Assembly: GCA_002269645.1 (NCBI GenBank)
Contig: NIVC01001486.1
Coordinates: 124,001 to 188,000 of the forward strand
DNA length: 64,000 bases
Origin: Macrostomum lignano
Lineage: Eukaryota
Direction: 5' to 3'
Shown: positions 12,790-24,367 of the stretch, one piece after another
How the letters are laid out: every line of letters begins with the position of its first letter
How positions within the stretch are numbered: position 1 is the first letter of the stretch
The notes under the pieces: model-generated
Databases searched by the model: none
Told to the model about the DNA's origin: nothing
Seen by the model: only the letters and a program-made list of their open reading frames with translations
Position numbers and translations under genes: made by a program

Positions 12790-15700
12790 TTAAATGGCTC
12801 CTAAGAAATGCGTATTTCCTTGGTTGTTAGACTGCTGCAGAGTGCATGCTCTAATTATAAAGTCTCAACTCTGTAACTCTATCAGAAAAGAAACTGTAAG
12901 CGTGAGAAGTTTGGCTGTTTTTTTCTGGTGTTAGGCCGCTCTTAACTCTTACTTACTCATTCCCCCAGAACAAAGGGGTAGGCCAGCAGTGTATAGTGAT
13001 TTGGAAATTAGCTTCGACTTTATTGCGCCCCCTCCCCCGGCCCAGTCAGCACAGTGGAAAAGGCTTTGGTTAGAACTTCTCACCAAACTGTTCTAAGCTT
13101 GCCCAACCTGCCAACCAGCAGTTTAACAGTTTGACAGAATCAATAGACAGTCATCATAGTTTGTAAAAGCAAAAAATCTCTGAAAAGCGATATAGATATA
13201 GTTCTACTGAATAAGTAACAAAAAATGCAAATTTTAACATTTCTTAAGTTTTACTTAAGCCACTTAAAATAAAAAAATTTAAATGCCAGATTCAGTGCAG
13301 TACAGTACAGCAGAAAGAGAGCAAGCCTCTCACTCATTTCCCCATACCAGGGTCAGTGTGCACGCAACAATGTAGTTTTTAGAACAACTTGAATTCTCTC
13401 TGCCCCAGTGAAGAGGCTATAAGATGGCAGTTTAGCGAGAAATTCTAACCACTGCCCTAATTCTGATATTTTCTATGACATTTTCTACATCTCCTCCCTC
13501 CTTCATCTGTGTAGGCCTAACTCTGCAAGTTTAACAGTGGATGAGAAAAGTGGCTCACGCACTCATTCCCCCAGAACAGGGGGTAGGGCTTAGTATACAC
13601 TGTACACCGTTTTGGAATGACATTATTTTTGGCCTTCCCTGCATGCCCAAGGGACACTGGCTAGGCTGGGATAAGCTGGGCTGCCGCAGATAGTTCCTTG
13701 GTAGGGAAGATATGGTCCATTTACCCCCAGTAGGGAGTCGCCTCCGCCTGCTCCAAGGGGACGAAAGCACGGACCATGTTGGAGGCACAGATCGATAGCG
13801 AAGGACAGTTTGGTGAGAAATTCTAACCCCCAGGCGCGGATAGAGAAATTTTCGATGGGGGAATGCACACATCTTTTATCTGGGATACACAAAACTGACG
13901 GGGGTTGCGCTCTTCGCCCTCCTCCCTAAATCCGTCCCTGCTAATCCCTGTCCTACAATTCGTACAGGTCTAAGTCTAACCCTACAGTTTAGCAGTGGAT
14001 GAGGAAGATGGCAATCGATAAGACTAGCATAGTTGTACTGTGGTACAAAAAGCGATACGATGCAATCCTGATTCCTGAATTAGTCACACAAAATAGAATT
14101 TGTAACACTAAGTCCTATTTAAAGGCACTTTAAAATTCAAATGCCCCCAAAGAAAAGCGCATTGGGTCGTTTCACTGCTGCAGCTAGACGATTGAGATCT
14201 GCAAGGCAAAGCAATGCGGCTGAAGCAGGAACATCGCATGGCACAGAGGAAGCAGACAACACAGGTAGCTCTGCCCAGGCCAGATCGAGTGCAAGTGCGG
14301 TAGAAGAACAAGCCCAGAAAAGAAGCCTTCGACCACCGACAAGATCATCGACATCAGCAGCCGGCGCCAGCACTTCCGATGGAACTGGAGGTACACAGGT
14401 TCCTCTCAGGGCTGCAAATTGGGAAGAAAGACGACGTGAACAAAAAAGACAGCAAACAGCCGAGGCACGACGCAATGAAATGACTGTCCAGACTCAGCAA
14501 CGACAGGAACGGGACAGAGATCAGACCGCAGAGGCACGACGCAATGAAACGACTGTCCAGACTCAGCAGCGGCAGGAACGTAACAGAGATCAGACCGCAG
14601 AGGCACGACGCAATGAAACGACGGGTGAAGCTGGAGTGCGCCGTGAAGACGATCGAAGACGCCACAGAGAACGCGCTGCGGCCTATCGATTTATTGAGCA
14701 AGACGTTGCCCATGACGAATCTGAGCAAGCAATTGGACCACCTCCTTGGGCCCTAAGCTTTGCTCTAAATTATGATCCTACTTTTGTTTATAGCAGCCAC
14801 CCAAAGCTTGCTATCGAAAGAATGTTGAAGAAATGTCAGCATTGCAATGCGTTGAGGTGGGCAAATGAGACACCTGGCATGTGTTGTAGCAATGGAAAAG
14901 TCAGACTCACTCCTCTGAATGAGAATCTACCAGACTATCTTCGCCATTTGTTGCTGGGTAACTCTGAGGAATCGGATCATTTTCTGTCCAACATTCGACG
15001 ATACAATAGCTGTTTTCAGTTCACTTCTTTTGGAGCTGAAAGAATAGTTGAAGAGCCAGGCTTCATGCCTACTTTTAAAGTCCAAGGGCAGGTGTACCAT
15101 CTGGTGGGATCGTTGCTGCCGCTGCAAGGAGAGGAGCCAAAGTTCCTGCAGATCTACTTCATGGGAGACAGCCACGAGGAAGTTGAGCGCCGATGTAGGA
15201 TTGCTCCAGGTGTGAGACCTAACATTGTTTTTGAGCTACAGGAAATTATGCATGCGCATAACAAGTACGTGCGCGATTTCAAAACTGCTATGGAGCGGCT
15301 ACCTCCAAATGTAGAGGAACTTCGAGTTGTCATTCACGCAACAAAGGCGCCTGCTGGCCAACACGAAAGAAGATTCAATGCACCTGTTGTTGACGACGTT
15401 GCCATTCAAATTGTTGGTCAACAATTTGAAAAGCGAGACATTGTTTTGGAACTGCGAAGCAACCAGTTAACCAGGATATCTGAGATGCACAGGGGGTATG
15501 ATGCTCTGCAGTACCCTCTTATTTTCTGGGAAGGCGAAGACGGATATCATTTCGATATCCCACAGACTGACATTCGCACCGGAAATCCATCAGCCACAAA
15601 GAAAGTGTCGGCAATGGACTTCTACGCTTATCGGCTCATGGTTCGTGAAGGAAGTTTCAACTACATTCTTCGTTGTCGAAAGCTACTGCTGCAGTTTGCT

Positions 15701-18700
15701 GTGGACATGTACGCTAAAATTGAGTGCGAGCGACTGAATTTCATCCGCTTTAACCAAAAGAAGCTTAGAGTAGAAGAGTACATTCATCTTCGAGACGCTA
15801 TTGCCGGAGAGAGAAATCCAAATGAAATTGGCCAAATGGTTATTTTGCCCTCTTCATTTACTGGTGGCCCACGCTACATGCATGAGCGGACACAAGACGC
15901 CATGACTTACGTAAGAAAGTACGGTCGCCCCGACCTCTTTATTACTTTCACCTGCAACAGTGCATGGAATGAGCTTAAATCAGAGCTCATGCCGGGACAG
16001 CAAAGTCAGGATAGACACGACTTAGTGGCCCGAGTTTTTCAACTGAAATTGAAACAACTGATGGAATTCATTACCAAAGGAGCTATCTTTGGGCCTACTA
16101 GATGCGACATGTACACGATCGAATGGCAGAAACGGGGACTGCCACACGCGCATATTCTGATTTGGCTACGGAACCGGATTAGGCCGAATCAAATTGATAG
16201 CGTTATCCGAGCTGAGATTCCTGATCCAAACGAGGACCCTCAGCTCTACCAAATCGTCACTAGGCAGATGATTCATGGACCATGCGGCCGTCTAAAGCCA
16301 GATTCGCCTTGCATGGTAGATGGCCGTTGCTCCAAGAAATTTCCCAAGGCTCTGCTGCGCGAGACAGTGACCGGCGAAGATGGATACCCGTTGTATCAAA
16401 GAAGGTCACCTGAGGACGGTGGCTTCACCTTTCCAATAATCCTACGTGCAAATGGACAGACTGAGGAGGTCAGTTTGGACAACAGTTGGGTCGTTCCCTA
16501 CTGCCCACTCCTTTCAAAAGTGTTCAACGCACACATCAATGTTGAATACTGCAACTCAGTCAAGTCAATCAAGTACATTTGCAAGTATGTCAACAAGGGC
16601 AGCGACCAGGCAGTGTTTGGCCTTGAAAGGCAAGGAGCTGAGCGCGATGAGGTTGCCCGCTACGAGAGTGGACGGTACATCAGCTCAAATGAAGCTATGT
16701 GGCGAATTTTTGGTTTCTCAATTCATAAACGTCACCCAACTGTCATGCACCTCAGCGTGCATCTGGAGAATGGTCAAAGAGTATACTTTACCGAGGAAAA
16801 CATGATGCAGCGAGGTCAGCGACCACCGGGCACTACACTCACTGCCTTTTTTAAGTTGTGTGCTGAAGATGCCTTTGCCAGAACCTTGCTATACCATCAG
16901 GTACCTACATATTACACGTGGAATGCCTCTTCGAAAAGTTGGAAACGACGAGTTCAAGGCGCTGCAGTTCCAGGCCATCCAGGAATGCGGCAAACAGATG
17001 CACTGTCCAGAGTCTACACGGTGCACCCAAATCATCGCGAGTGTTTTTACCTGCGCATGCTACTGCACAATGTAGTTGGCCCGATGTCATTCCAGCACAT
17101 CAAGACGGTAGAAGGTCAGATCTGCTTAACTTATCAAGAAGCGTGTCATCGAATGGGACTTCTAGAAGACGATGCGCAGTGGAGAAGCACAATGCAAGAA
17201 GCATCTGTGGTGCGCTCAGCAGGCCAAATGCGAGACCTCTTTGCTATTCTGATTGCCACCTGTGGTCTTTCTAATCCTCTTCAGCTTTGGGAAGACTTCA
17301 AGGAAGATATGGCTGAGGATATTCTCCATCGGGCGCGACAGTTGCTACAGGAGCAGGAATTGCCCTTCACAGAGGCAGTATTCAATGAGGCCTTGCTGCG
17401 CATTGAGAATAAGGTTTTAGAACTGACAGATCGTCCCTTGCACATTTTTGGACTTCCAACACCTCCAAAGCATCAACAAGACAATTTGAGTAGGGAGATG
17501 CAGCGAGAAACTAGCTTTGACCGCGAGCAGCTTCATCAGTTCATTGAGGAAAATGAGCCCCGCCTACTACCTGAGCAGGCAGAGGCGTACCAAGAGGTAC
17601 TGCAAAGAGTGAATGACAATTTAGGAGGAATACTTTTCCTGGATGCTCCAGGTGGGACAGGAAAAACTTTTCTGATTAACCTCCTTCTGTCAAGGGTTAG
17701 ACACGGAGGCGATATTGCAATTGCTGTCGCTTCCTCTGGAATCGCAGCCACGCTACTTCCAGGTGGTCGCACTGCTCACTCAGCACTAAAATTGCCACTT
17801 GATCTGTCAAGAGTTGAAAATCCCCTGTGCAACATCAAGAAGAACAGCGGCACTGCCAGAGTGCTCTCTGGAGACTTTAGACAGACGTTGCCTGTAATTC
17901 CGCGCGGCACCCCAGCCGATGAGATCAATGCATGCCTCAAATCTTTGCATCTGTGGCCATCAGTTGAGAAGCTGCACTTGCGAACCAATATAAGGGCTGC
18001 AGTTTATGGCGATGAAACGGCTCATCAGTTTTCTATCAATCTTTTGCGAATTGGTGATGGCCAACTGGAGGTCAGTCCTGAAGATGGGCTGTCACCAATT
18101 GCTGCATTCGGTACAATCGTATCTTCTGTGCAGGAGCTCAAGGCTAAAGTTTACCTAAACCTGTCGCACAGATTTTCTGACATTAACTGGCTGTCAGAGA
18201 GAGCCATTTTGTGTCCCAGGAATGACGCAGCTAATGGTATCAACTCCCAACTGCTCAATGAGCTGCCTGGCAATGCCACCAGCTACAAGTCAATTGACAC
18301 AACAATGACTGATGAAAATGCTGTGGAGTTTCCAATTGAGTTCTTGAACTCTCTAGAGCCTCCTGGAACGCCATCGCACAACCTCCAGTTAAAAGTGGGT
18401 GCACCAATTATTCTACTGCGCAATTTAAATGCCCCGAAGCTGTGCAATGGCACCAGGCTAATCGTCAAGCAACTCTTTCCGAATGTGATTGAGGCAACAA
18501 TTGTGACAGGATCCGGCAAAGGACAGTCTGTGTTTATTCCAAGAATTCCAATTATTCCATCGGACCTGCCATTTCAGTTCAAGCGAGTACAGTTCCCAGT
18601 GAAGGTCTGCTTTGCCATGACCATCAACAAAGCCCAAGGACAGTCGCTAAAGGTGGCCGGAATCAACTTGGAGTCACCCTGCTTCTCACATGGCCAACTT

Positions 18701-18900
18701 TATGTTGCATGCTCACGCGTTGGAAGTCCAGCTGGCCTCTTCATCCTTGCTCCCAGGGGGAGAACAAGGAATCTGGTGTATCCTCAGGCACTGCGATAAA
18801 CATCTGTGAAAGTTATTACAACTGAACTATATTCACTTTTCACTGACAAAAGCATAACTTATCTTAAAGCTGAACTTTTATCTATTTGTTAATTTTATTA
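12790..18900 (+). mobile_element. Helitron (RepHel-coding) in KHDRBS intron 1; exact termini not resolved
   Basis: RepHel ORF preceded by repeated UTR modules (CTCACTCATTCCCCCA...AGTTTAACAGTGGATG). No clear 3' hairpin-CTRR found. Confidence 0.8.
14141..18799 (+). CDS. Helitron RepHel protein (HUH endonuclease + PIF1-like helicase), 1552 aa, helicase motif II missing
   Basis: Rep motifs LFITFTCN, EWQKRGLPHAHILIW, YICKYVNK; helicase DAPGGTGKTF, GRTAHS, GDFRQTLPV, TINKAQGQSL, GQLYVACSRV. N-terminus has ~2.5 copies of a 23-aa (69-nt) repeat at ~14453-14622. Confidence 0.97.
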   Translation: MPPKKSALGRFTAAARRLRSARQSNAAEAGTSHGTEEADNTGSSAQARSSASAVEEQAQKRSLRPPTRSSTSAAGASTSDGTGGTQVPLRAANWEERRREQKRQQTAEARRNEMTVQTQQRQERDRDQTAEARRNETTVQTQQRQERNRDQTAEARRNETTGEAGVRREDDRRRHRERAAAYRFIEQDVAHDESEQAIGPPPWALSFALNYDPTFVYSSHPKLAIERMLKKCQHCNALRWANETPGMCCSNGKVRLTPLNENLPDYLRHLLLGNSEESDHFLSNIRRYNSCFQFTSFGAERIVEEPGFMPTFKVQGQVYHLVGSLLPLQGEEPKFLQIYFMGDSHEEVERRCRIAPGVRPNIVFELQEIMHAHNKYVRDFKTAMERLPPNVEELRVVIHATKAPAGQHERRFNAPVVDDVAIQIVGQQFEKRDIVLELRSNQLTRISEMHRGYDALQYPLIFWEGEDGYHFDIPQTDIRTGNPSATKKVSAMDFYAYRLMVREGSFNYILRCRKLLLQFAVDMYAKIECERLNFIRFNQKKLRVEEYIHLRDAIAGERNPNEIGQMVILPSSFTGGPRYMHERTQDAMTYVRKYGRPDLFITFTCNSAWNELKSELMPGQQSQDRHDLVARVFQLKLKQLMEFITKGAIFGPTRCDMYTIEWQKRGLPHAHILIWLRNRIRPNQIDSVIRAEIPDPNEDPQLYQIVTRQMIHGPCGRLKPDSPCMVDGRCSKKFPKALLRETVTGEDGYPLYQRRSPEDGGFTFPIILRANGQTEEVSLDNSWVVPYCPLLSKVFNAHINVEYCNSVKSIKYICKYVNKGSDQAVFGLERQGAERDEVARYESGRYISSNEAMWRIFGFSIHKRHPTVMHLSVHLENGQRVYFTEENMMQRGQRPPGTTLTAFFKLCAEDAFARTLLYHQVPTYYTWNASSKSWKRRVQGAAVPGHPGMRQTDALSRVYTVHPNHRECFYLRMLLHNVVGPMSFQHIKTVEGQICLTYQEACHRMGLLEDDAQWRSTMQEASVVRSAGQMRDLFAILIATCGLSNPLQLWEDFKEDMAEDILHRARQLLQEQELPFTEAVFNEALLRIENKVLELTDRPLHIFGLPTPPKHQQDNLSREMQRETSFDREQLHQFIEENEPRLLPEQAEAYQEVLQRVNDNLGGILFLDAPGGTGKTFLINLLLSRVRHGGDIAIAVASSGIAATLLPGGRTAHSALKLPLDLSRVENPLCNIKKNSGTARVLSGDFRQTLPVIPRGTPADEINACLKSLHLWPSVEKLHLRTNIRAAVYGDETAHQFSINLLRIGDGQLEVSPEDGLSPIAAFGTIVSSVQELKAKVYLNLSHRFSDINWLSERAILCPRNDAANGINSQLLNELPGNATSYKSIDTTMTDENAVEFPIEFLNSLEPPGTPSHNLQLKVGAPIILLRNLNAPKLCNGTRLIVKQLFPNVIEATIVTGSGKGQSVFIPRIPIIPSDLPFQFKRVQFPVKVCFAMTINKAQGQSLKVAGINLESPCFSHGQLYVACSRVGSPAGLFILAPRGRTRNLVYPQALR

Positions 18901-21610
18901 AGAACTACCTTAATCAGCAGCAGACGTACCAAGTTCCCCTATTTAAATATTTTTTCTAGCTAATTTTTTCAAACTTTCTTGCTAGAGTGGACGAACCCCT
19001 AAACACGAACTCAAGGACTTTGCTAACCTACTAAAGCAAGAGTCAAATAACTTTTGTTCCAGACTGGACTAGAACTAGAAGATTGATTTGCAAAGAAAGT
19101 TGGCAGAATAAAGCTTGGTACTTCTACTGTTAATTTGCAGTTTCAATACTAAAATGTTTTTTATCACTCCCCAAATATGTTATTGTTCCTTATTGGTTTT
19201 GCTGTTGTCCTGCATACTCACTCTGCTTAGTTTCTCTAGAATAGCCTACTTAAACAGTACAATTACTTTTCTTTTTTTACTTAGTCTTAGACAGCAACTG
19301 CTGTACAGCTTTTTTTTTGTTATGCTTGAAAGCTACGTATTAATCCCATCTCCTTTACTTAAAAATATTCAGACAGATTCTATACTGTCCTGATGCTGTA
19401 AGCGTTTGTGTAGTCTTAGTTTCTATTCTGTTCTGCTTTATTCTATTCTAGAAATATACTTTTTAATACACATTTATACCAAGTTTCGTTTACACCTCTA
19501 TCCAACTATTGTCTATTAACAACTTTTGAGTATGACTTTGGATTTTAGAATACATGCAAAAATGGTTCCGGGGATTTGAATTCCCCGGGTTCAAAATCCG
19601 CGGGTTTCAACAGCTTGTGATTGTATAATAAAAAGATACCAAAGTTTGCTTGCATTGTGTGGCAAAACTATTCCTATAAAAAAGTGCTTATGTCATGTAC
19701 TGCAACTTTTTAAAAAAAATGCAATAATCTGTAATTTTCTATTTAAAAATTCTAATAAACCTTGTATTTGATTCTATTTCATAGAAAATGCAATGTTAAT
19801 ATAAATTAATTAAAAAGCCATCAATATACCAGCAAACAAAAAGTGCTAATAAAAATAAATACAATAAAGAAATTAGAGTAAAAGATGACAATATACACCA
19901 CGAGATAGGAAGAAAAAAATAATTATAGGTTAAGATATATACAATATTTATATAAACAAAATAAATGTTTAAAAAGCAGTGGCAACCCCTTTACCACAAT
20001 AATATATGCCATAGTTTGAATCTTTTATTAGTATATGCTAGGTCTAAATGGGGAAAAAAGTATAGGACAAATTTTGTATGCCAGGACTAAAAAATGTTTG
20101 CAACTATATACATTAAAGTTGTATACTCTTTTCTTTCTTGAATTCATTGTTTAATTAGAGTGTAACAAACAAAATTATGCACATTTTCAATATGTACTAA
20201 GAAAATCCAATTATAAAACATGCTTGGGCACAACCTAGGGATTCACCCAGCCATTTCTATTGGCAACACACATATGTAAGTTGCTTTTAGATAAAATAGT
20301 AGTCACGTGACTACTCTCAGCCAGGAATACTTGTAAATCTATTTTGTCTTGTTTCTTTTTACTAAAAAACCATATTTTTAAACTAAAAAAGTATTTGTAA
20401 TATAACCTAATGCTTATGCCTTTGGTTATAAACTTTTTAATAATAAGGCTGGTGATGCATCTCAGAATGTAACCACAAAGTTTTGTTTGCACACCTACTG
20501 CATGCCATGTTTACTAACTACATGTTGTGCATGCCATTGAAATAATTAACAATAGGCCTACAAACAAAAGCAAAAAAAAATATTAAAAATATTTCAAAAA
20601 TGCACAAGAAAAAACTATTATTTCTTTGTGGTATACATTCTGGTATGCATCTAGCATGATTGGGAGTATAGAATAGAATATCTAACAGGATAAGTAGTTG
20701 GATAAATCTACCTATTCATTATATAATTATGAAATTAAAGCATATATTACTTAATTGGCTTATAGAAAGAATCAAATGGTTTGTTCTGTGGTTTTTTTGT
20801 TTTTGAATCATGTTTGATGATATTCTTGCAATCCTTTTCTTAAAACCAATTGCAGAAATTTTAGAAAATGAGATTCATAGCAAACATCTTTGTCCATGAC
20901 AATTTTACATAAGGTGATTTTTAATGTAAAAAAAGAATTGGTTCTTAAGAAATGTGCTTTTTAATTGTTTTCCATGAACTATTTTTGCTCATTTCTTATT
21001 GGGCACCCCAAAGGGGGGGGGCACATTAGATTGCTAATAGCTTTTTAAAATTTGCTCCAATAGGGTTCCTGCCTATCCATGCATTCAGCATTTATCATCA
21101 AATAATTTAATGAAGTATAAACTAGTAAGTAGCAGATCGTATTTGACGATATATAATGAATTTTACTATTCTTAATAGTATCAATTTTTTCTAAATATAA
21201 AATGGCATGCATAGGCAGCAAAGATAATCATATTTCAGTATATTGCTATGAATACAAGAGCTGACAATATAGAAAATTTATCCAGATTAAAAAACAATCT
21301 CCACTATATACATTGACTGCATGAATCTTGTAATTCCAGCTGTTAGCTGTGTCAGCTGACTGTTTATAGGAGACAGTGTTACTATAAGAAAATTAAACAG
21401 AAATTTCAGTATGTAAAAAACCTACTGTTAAGTAGTGTTGCATGTCTTGTCTAAATATGACTATGAATTATATTGAAAAGGAATTTACTACAGAACCCTT
21501 TAATATAATTCAACTGCAGGCAATTAGTCAAAAAAGTTTTGTTGCTCCATTCCGGTAAATCAGTTTGAAAACAATATTTAATCCTTATTCACCTTTACCA
21601 ACACGCGCAG

Positions 21611-22345
21611 AGATCCACCGAGTGCGTGGCGGCGTCATGGACATGATCGACGTGGTCAACAACCGCAAGTGCAAAGTTCGCTGCCGTATTGCCATACCGC
21701 AGGACAATTTCCCCGGCTTCAACTTTGTTGGCAAACTGCTGGGCTCAGGCGGCAGCACGCTGAAGAAGCTGCAGGAGGACTGCAACGTCAAGATGGCCAT
21801 CCTTGGCCGCGGCTCGATGCGCGATCCGCAGAAAGAGCAGGAAGCCTTCGAAAGCGGCGACCCGAAGTATCAGCACCTGAAGCAGGCCTTGCACCTGCAG
21901 ATTGACTGCGTAGACGCGCCCGAGGAGGCCTACTATCGTATCAGCCGGGCGGTCTACGAAGCCAAGAACATCATGATCCCGGATCCCAGCGAGCTGGCCG
22001 CTGCCGCAGCTGCTTCTGGCTACGGCGCCCCGGGACCTTTCCCTCCTGGCCGCGGCGGCTTTCCAGGCGGCGGCGGTGGACCTCGTGGAGGTCGCGGTGG
22101 ACGCGGTCGCGGCGGCCGGGGCGGCGGAGCTCCTCACGTTCCGGCCGACTTTGACGGCTACGGCGGCGGCGGCGGTGGCTTTGATGGAGAGGCCGGCGGC
22201 TACCGAGGCGGTCGCGGTGGCGGCGGCGGTCGCGGGCATCGCGGCGACTTCAGAGGCGGCTCTCGCGGCGGCGGCTCTCGAGGCGGTCGTGGCGGCTTCG
22301 GCGGCGGCGGTGGCGACAATGGGCACAGCTTTGGTCAGGATTATG
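21611..22345 (+). CDS. KHDRBS: KHDRBS/Sam68-like exon 2 (maxi-KH, Qua2, RGG-rich region)
   Basis: FNFVGKLLGSGGSTLKKLQEDCNVKMAILGRGSMRD...GDPKYQHL...LHLQI is a STAR KH signature. CAG acceptor 21608-10; donor G|GTGAGA at 22346. Confidence 0.93.
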
Positions 22346-22820
22346 GTGAGACTCTTTTACTTGCTACAGTTTAACTAAATATTCATTCTGCGCCTCTAGT
22401 GCCAGAAATTGTTTAAATTTTAAAAATAACGTGGAGCCACAGATAACTTCAATAAATACAATCATTTACATTCTATCTTCAATTTATTATAAAATATTTC
22501 AGCAAAGAAAACAATAAAATCTAAACATAAAATTGTAAAATTTGCTATAAAAATGTGCCAATACTATGAAACAGAAGCGTGTGAACTATCATTAATTCAG
22601 TTTTAAAATATCAAAGAAAATTTGAAACAATAACACAACTTGATATCAAACTGTAGATATAGAACATAAAAGTACAAAACAAACTCAAGAGTTTCCAGGC
22701 CTAATTCGGAGCTTCCATCTTCGGCTGGGCTGCCGGCAAACAAACCAAGCATTTATAATCGCGGTTCTACGTGAATTGAACAAAAAAGCAAAACAAATAA
22801 TCGCCGAAAAAATTTTCCAG

Positions 22821-22915
22821 GTCAGTCGTTTGGCGGCGGCAAGGCGCCACCGTCGCGGGGTCGCGGCGGCCCCGCCCCGCGCCGCGGCAGCCACCCATAT
22901 GGCCGCGGCATGTGA
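22821..22915 (+). CDS. KHDRBS: KHDRBS/Sam68-like exon 3 (PY-NLS, stop)
   Basis: TTTTCCAG acceptor; reads GQSFGGGKAPPSRGRGGPAPRRGSHPYGRGM*. HPYGR matches the Sam68-type C-terminal NLS. Exons total 169+735+95 = 999 nt (332 aa). Confidence 0.88.
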
Positions 22916-24367
22916 ACCCGGTCTCAGGCAGTCTAATAATACACCAAGCATATAATACTTTAATAATTAATTCATATAGTCATCCTAAAGACTGAAAGCA
23001 TGAGCTGAAACACAGCAAAGCTTGAACTTTTAATATTTTTATACATATGAACTCATCAATTTTAAATTTATAGTTCCAGCTGATACAATTTATCCAGTGA
23101 AAAAGAAATCTAAGTAACTACTAAATTAAAAAAAACATTCTGCATTACAATTTGTTGTTAAAATGAAAGCTTGGGCTCATCAACCCTTAAAATGTTGTGC
23201 ATATTTATTTGCCCATGCTCGCTTGTTGAAAATTTATAAAATTCACGCAGTTAGTTTTCTAAATTACGTTGTTTTAAGGACAATAATAATATTCGCTAAT
23301 ATTGACAAAACTAAACAATTTCTAAAAACTTTCTAATTAATTATTCTGTTCTTTTCCTCTCGTTTTAAGTCTACAAAGTTATTTGATTGTATTTGACTGA
23401 AAATGCAGTTTTATGGCAGGTTTTTTAACCTTAAGTTAGTAAATTGTTTGCTTCTGTTTAGCTTTCTTAATTAACTGTTATTTAGAAACAGTTAGTGTAA
23501 TTTTAACAGACGCCAGGACGAAGAAAGCGTTAGTAAAGATGCATTGATAGTTGACAACCGGCACCAACAGGAATTTAGGTTTTACTTTAAAAAAATATTT
23601 TTCAAACGAATTTATGGCTGCTTCTGTTTGTAGTAGCATGTTCTATAATATCATGGGCTGTTAAACATGCAATCGATAATTTTTCTCCATTCAACAGCAA
23701 GCACTGAATATGTAGTACGCGTAATTCTTTATTTTAGTCAAAAAAGCAAACTAAATTTTAAATAAAATAACTATTTTCCAACTTTTGCATTATTAAAAAC
23801 ACGACAACATGCGTTCAACTTAACCTATACGCGGTGAAAAACCAAATAAATAAAACATGATAAAAGCGATTCTTTGTTTTATTTAACAAAATGCTTACTA
23901 TTACGTTTCGTTGTAATAAAAAAGTTCTGATAAGATTTCTTTCCTCGTTTAGTAATATTTAATCTTGAATCATACAGGTAAGTAGACTGTAGAGCTAAAA
24001 TCCAATATATTGCTACTAAATACAAGTATTAGTATTTCATAGCCTTTCTGTAGAATAAATATTCATAGTCAACACGACAGAACTTATGACGATGAACTCA
24101 ATAAAAACACGTTGATGGATCAGAAAAAATGACAATCTACTCCACGAAAAGCAAGCAATGAAATTTGTCAGCTAATCTTATTAGTAGTCTTTTGGAACTG
24201 AATCCTAATTAAAGCGTTGGTCTGCTTTGCATTGATTGAACTGATCTAGTTCATGTACTGAAACGTCTGAAATCGTCCAGTCTGGGTGAAATCAGCTCTA
24301 AAAAGCTTAGTATTAGGAAACCACACGTGCACCAATTACATGCCGAGGCGTTTACGTATCTTAGTAC

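Noticed and set aside
19563-19615. GC hairpin CCGGGGA/TCCCCGG as Helitron 3' end
   Set aside because: No CTRR terminus after it; more likely a remnant of another repeat.
21565-21610. N-terminal MKTIF... of ORF 21565..22374 and its C-terminal ETLLLATV
   Set aside because: Intronic: splice sites at 21611 and 22345 give a better model joining Qua1, KH and PY-NLS.
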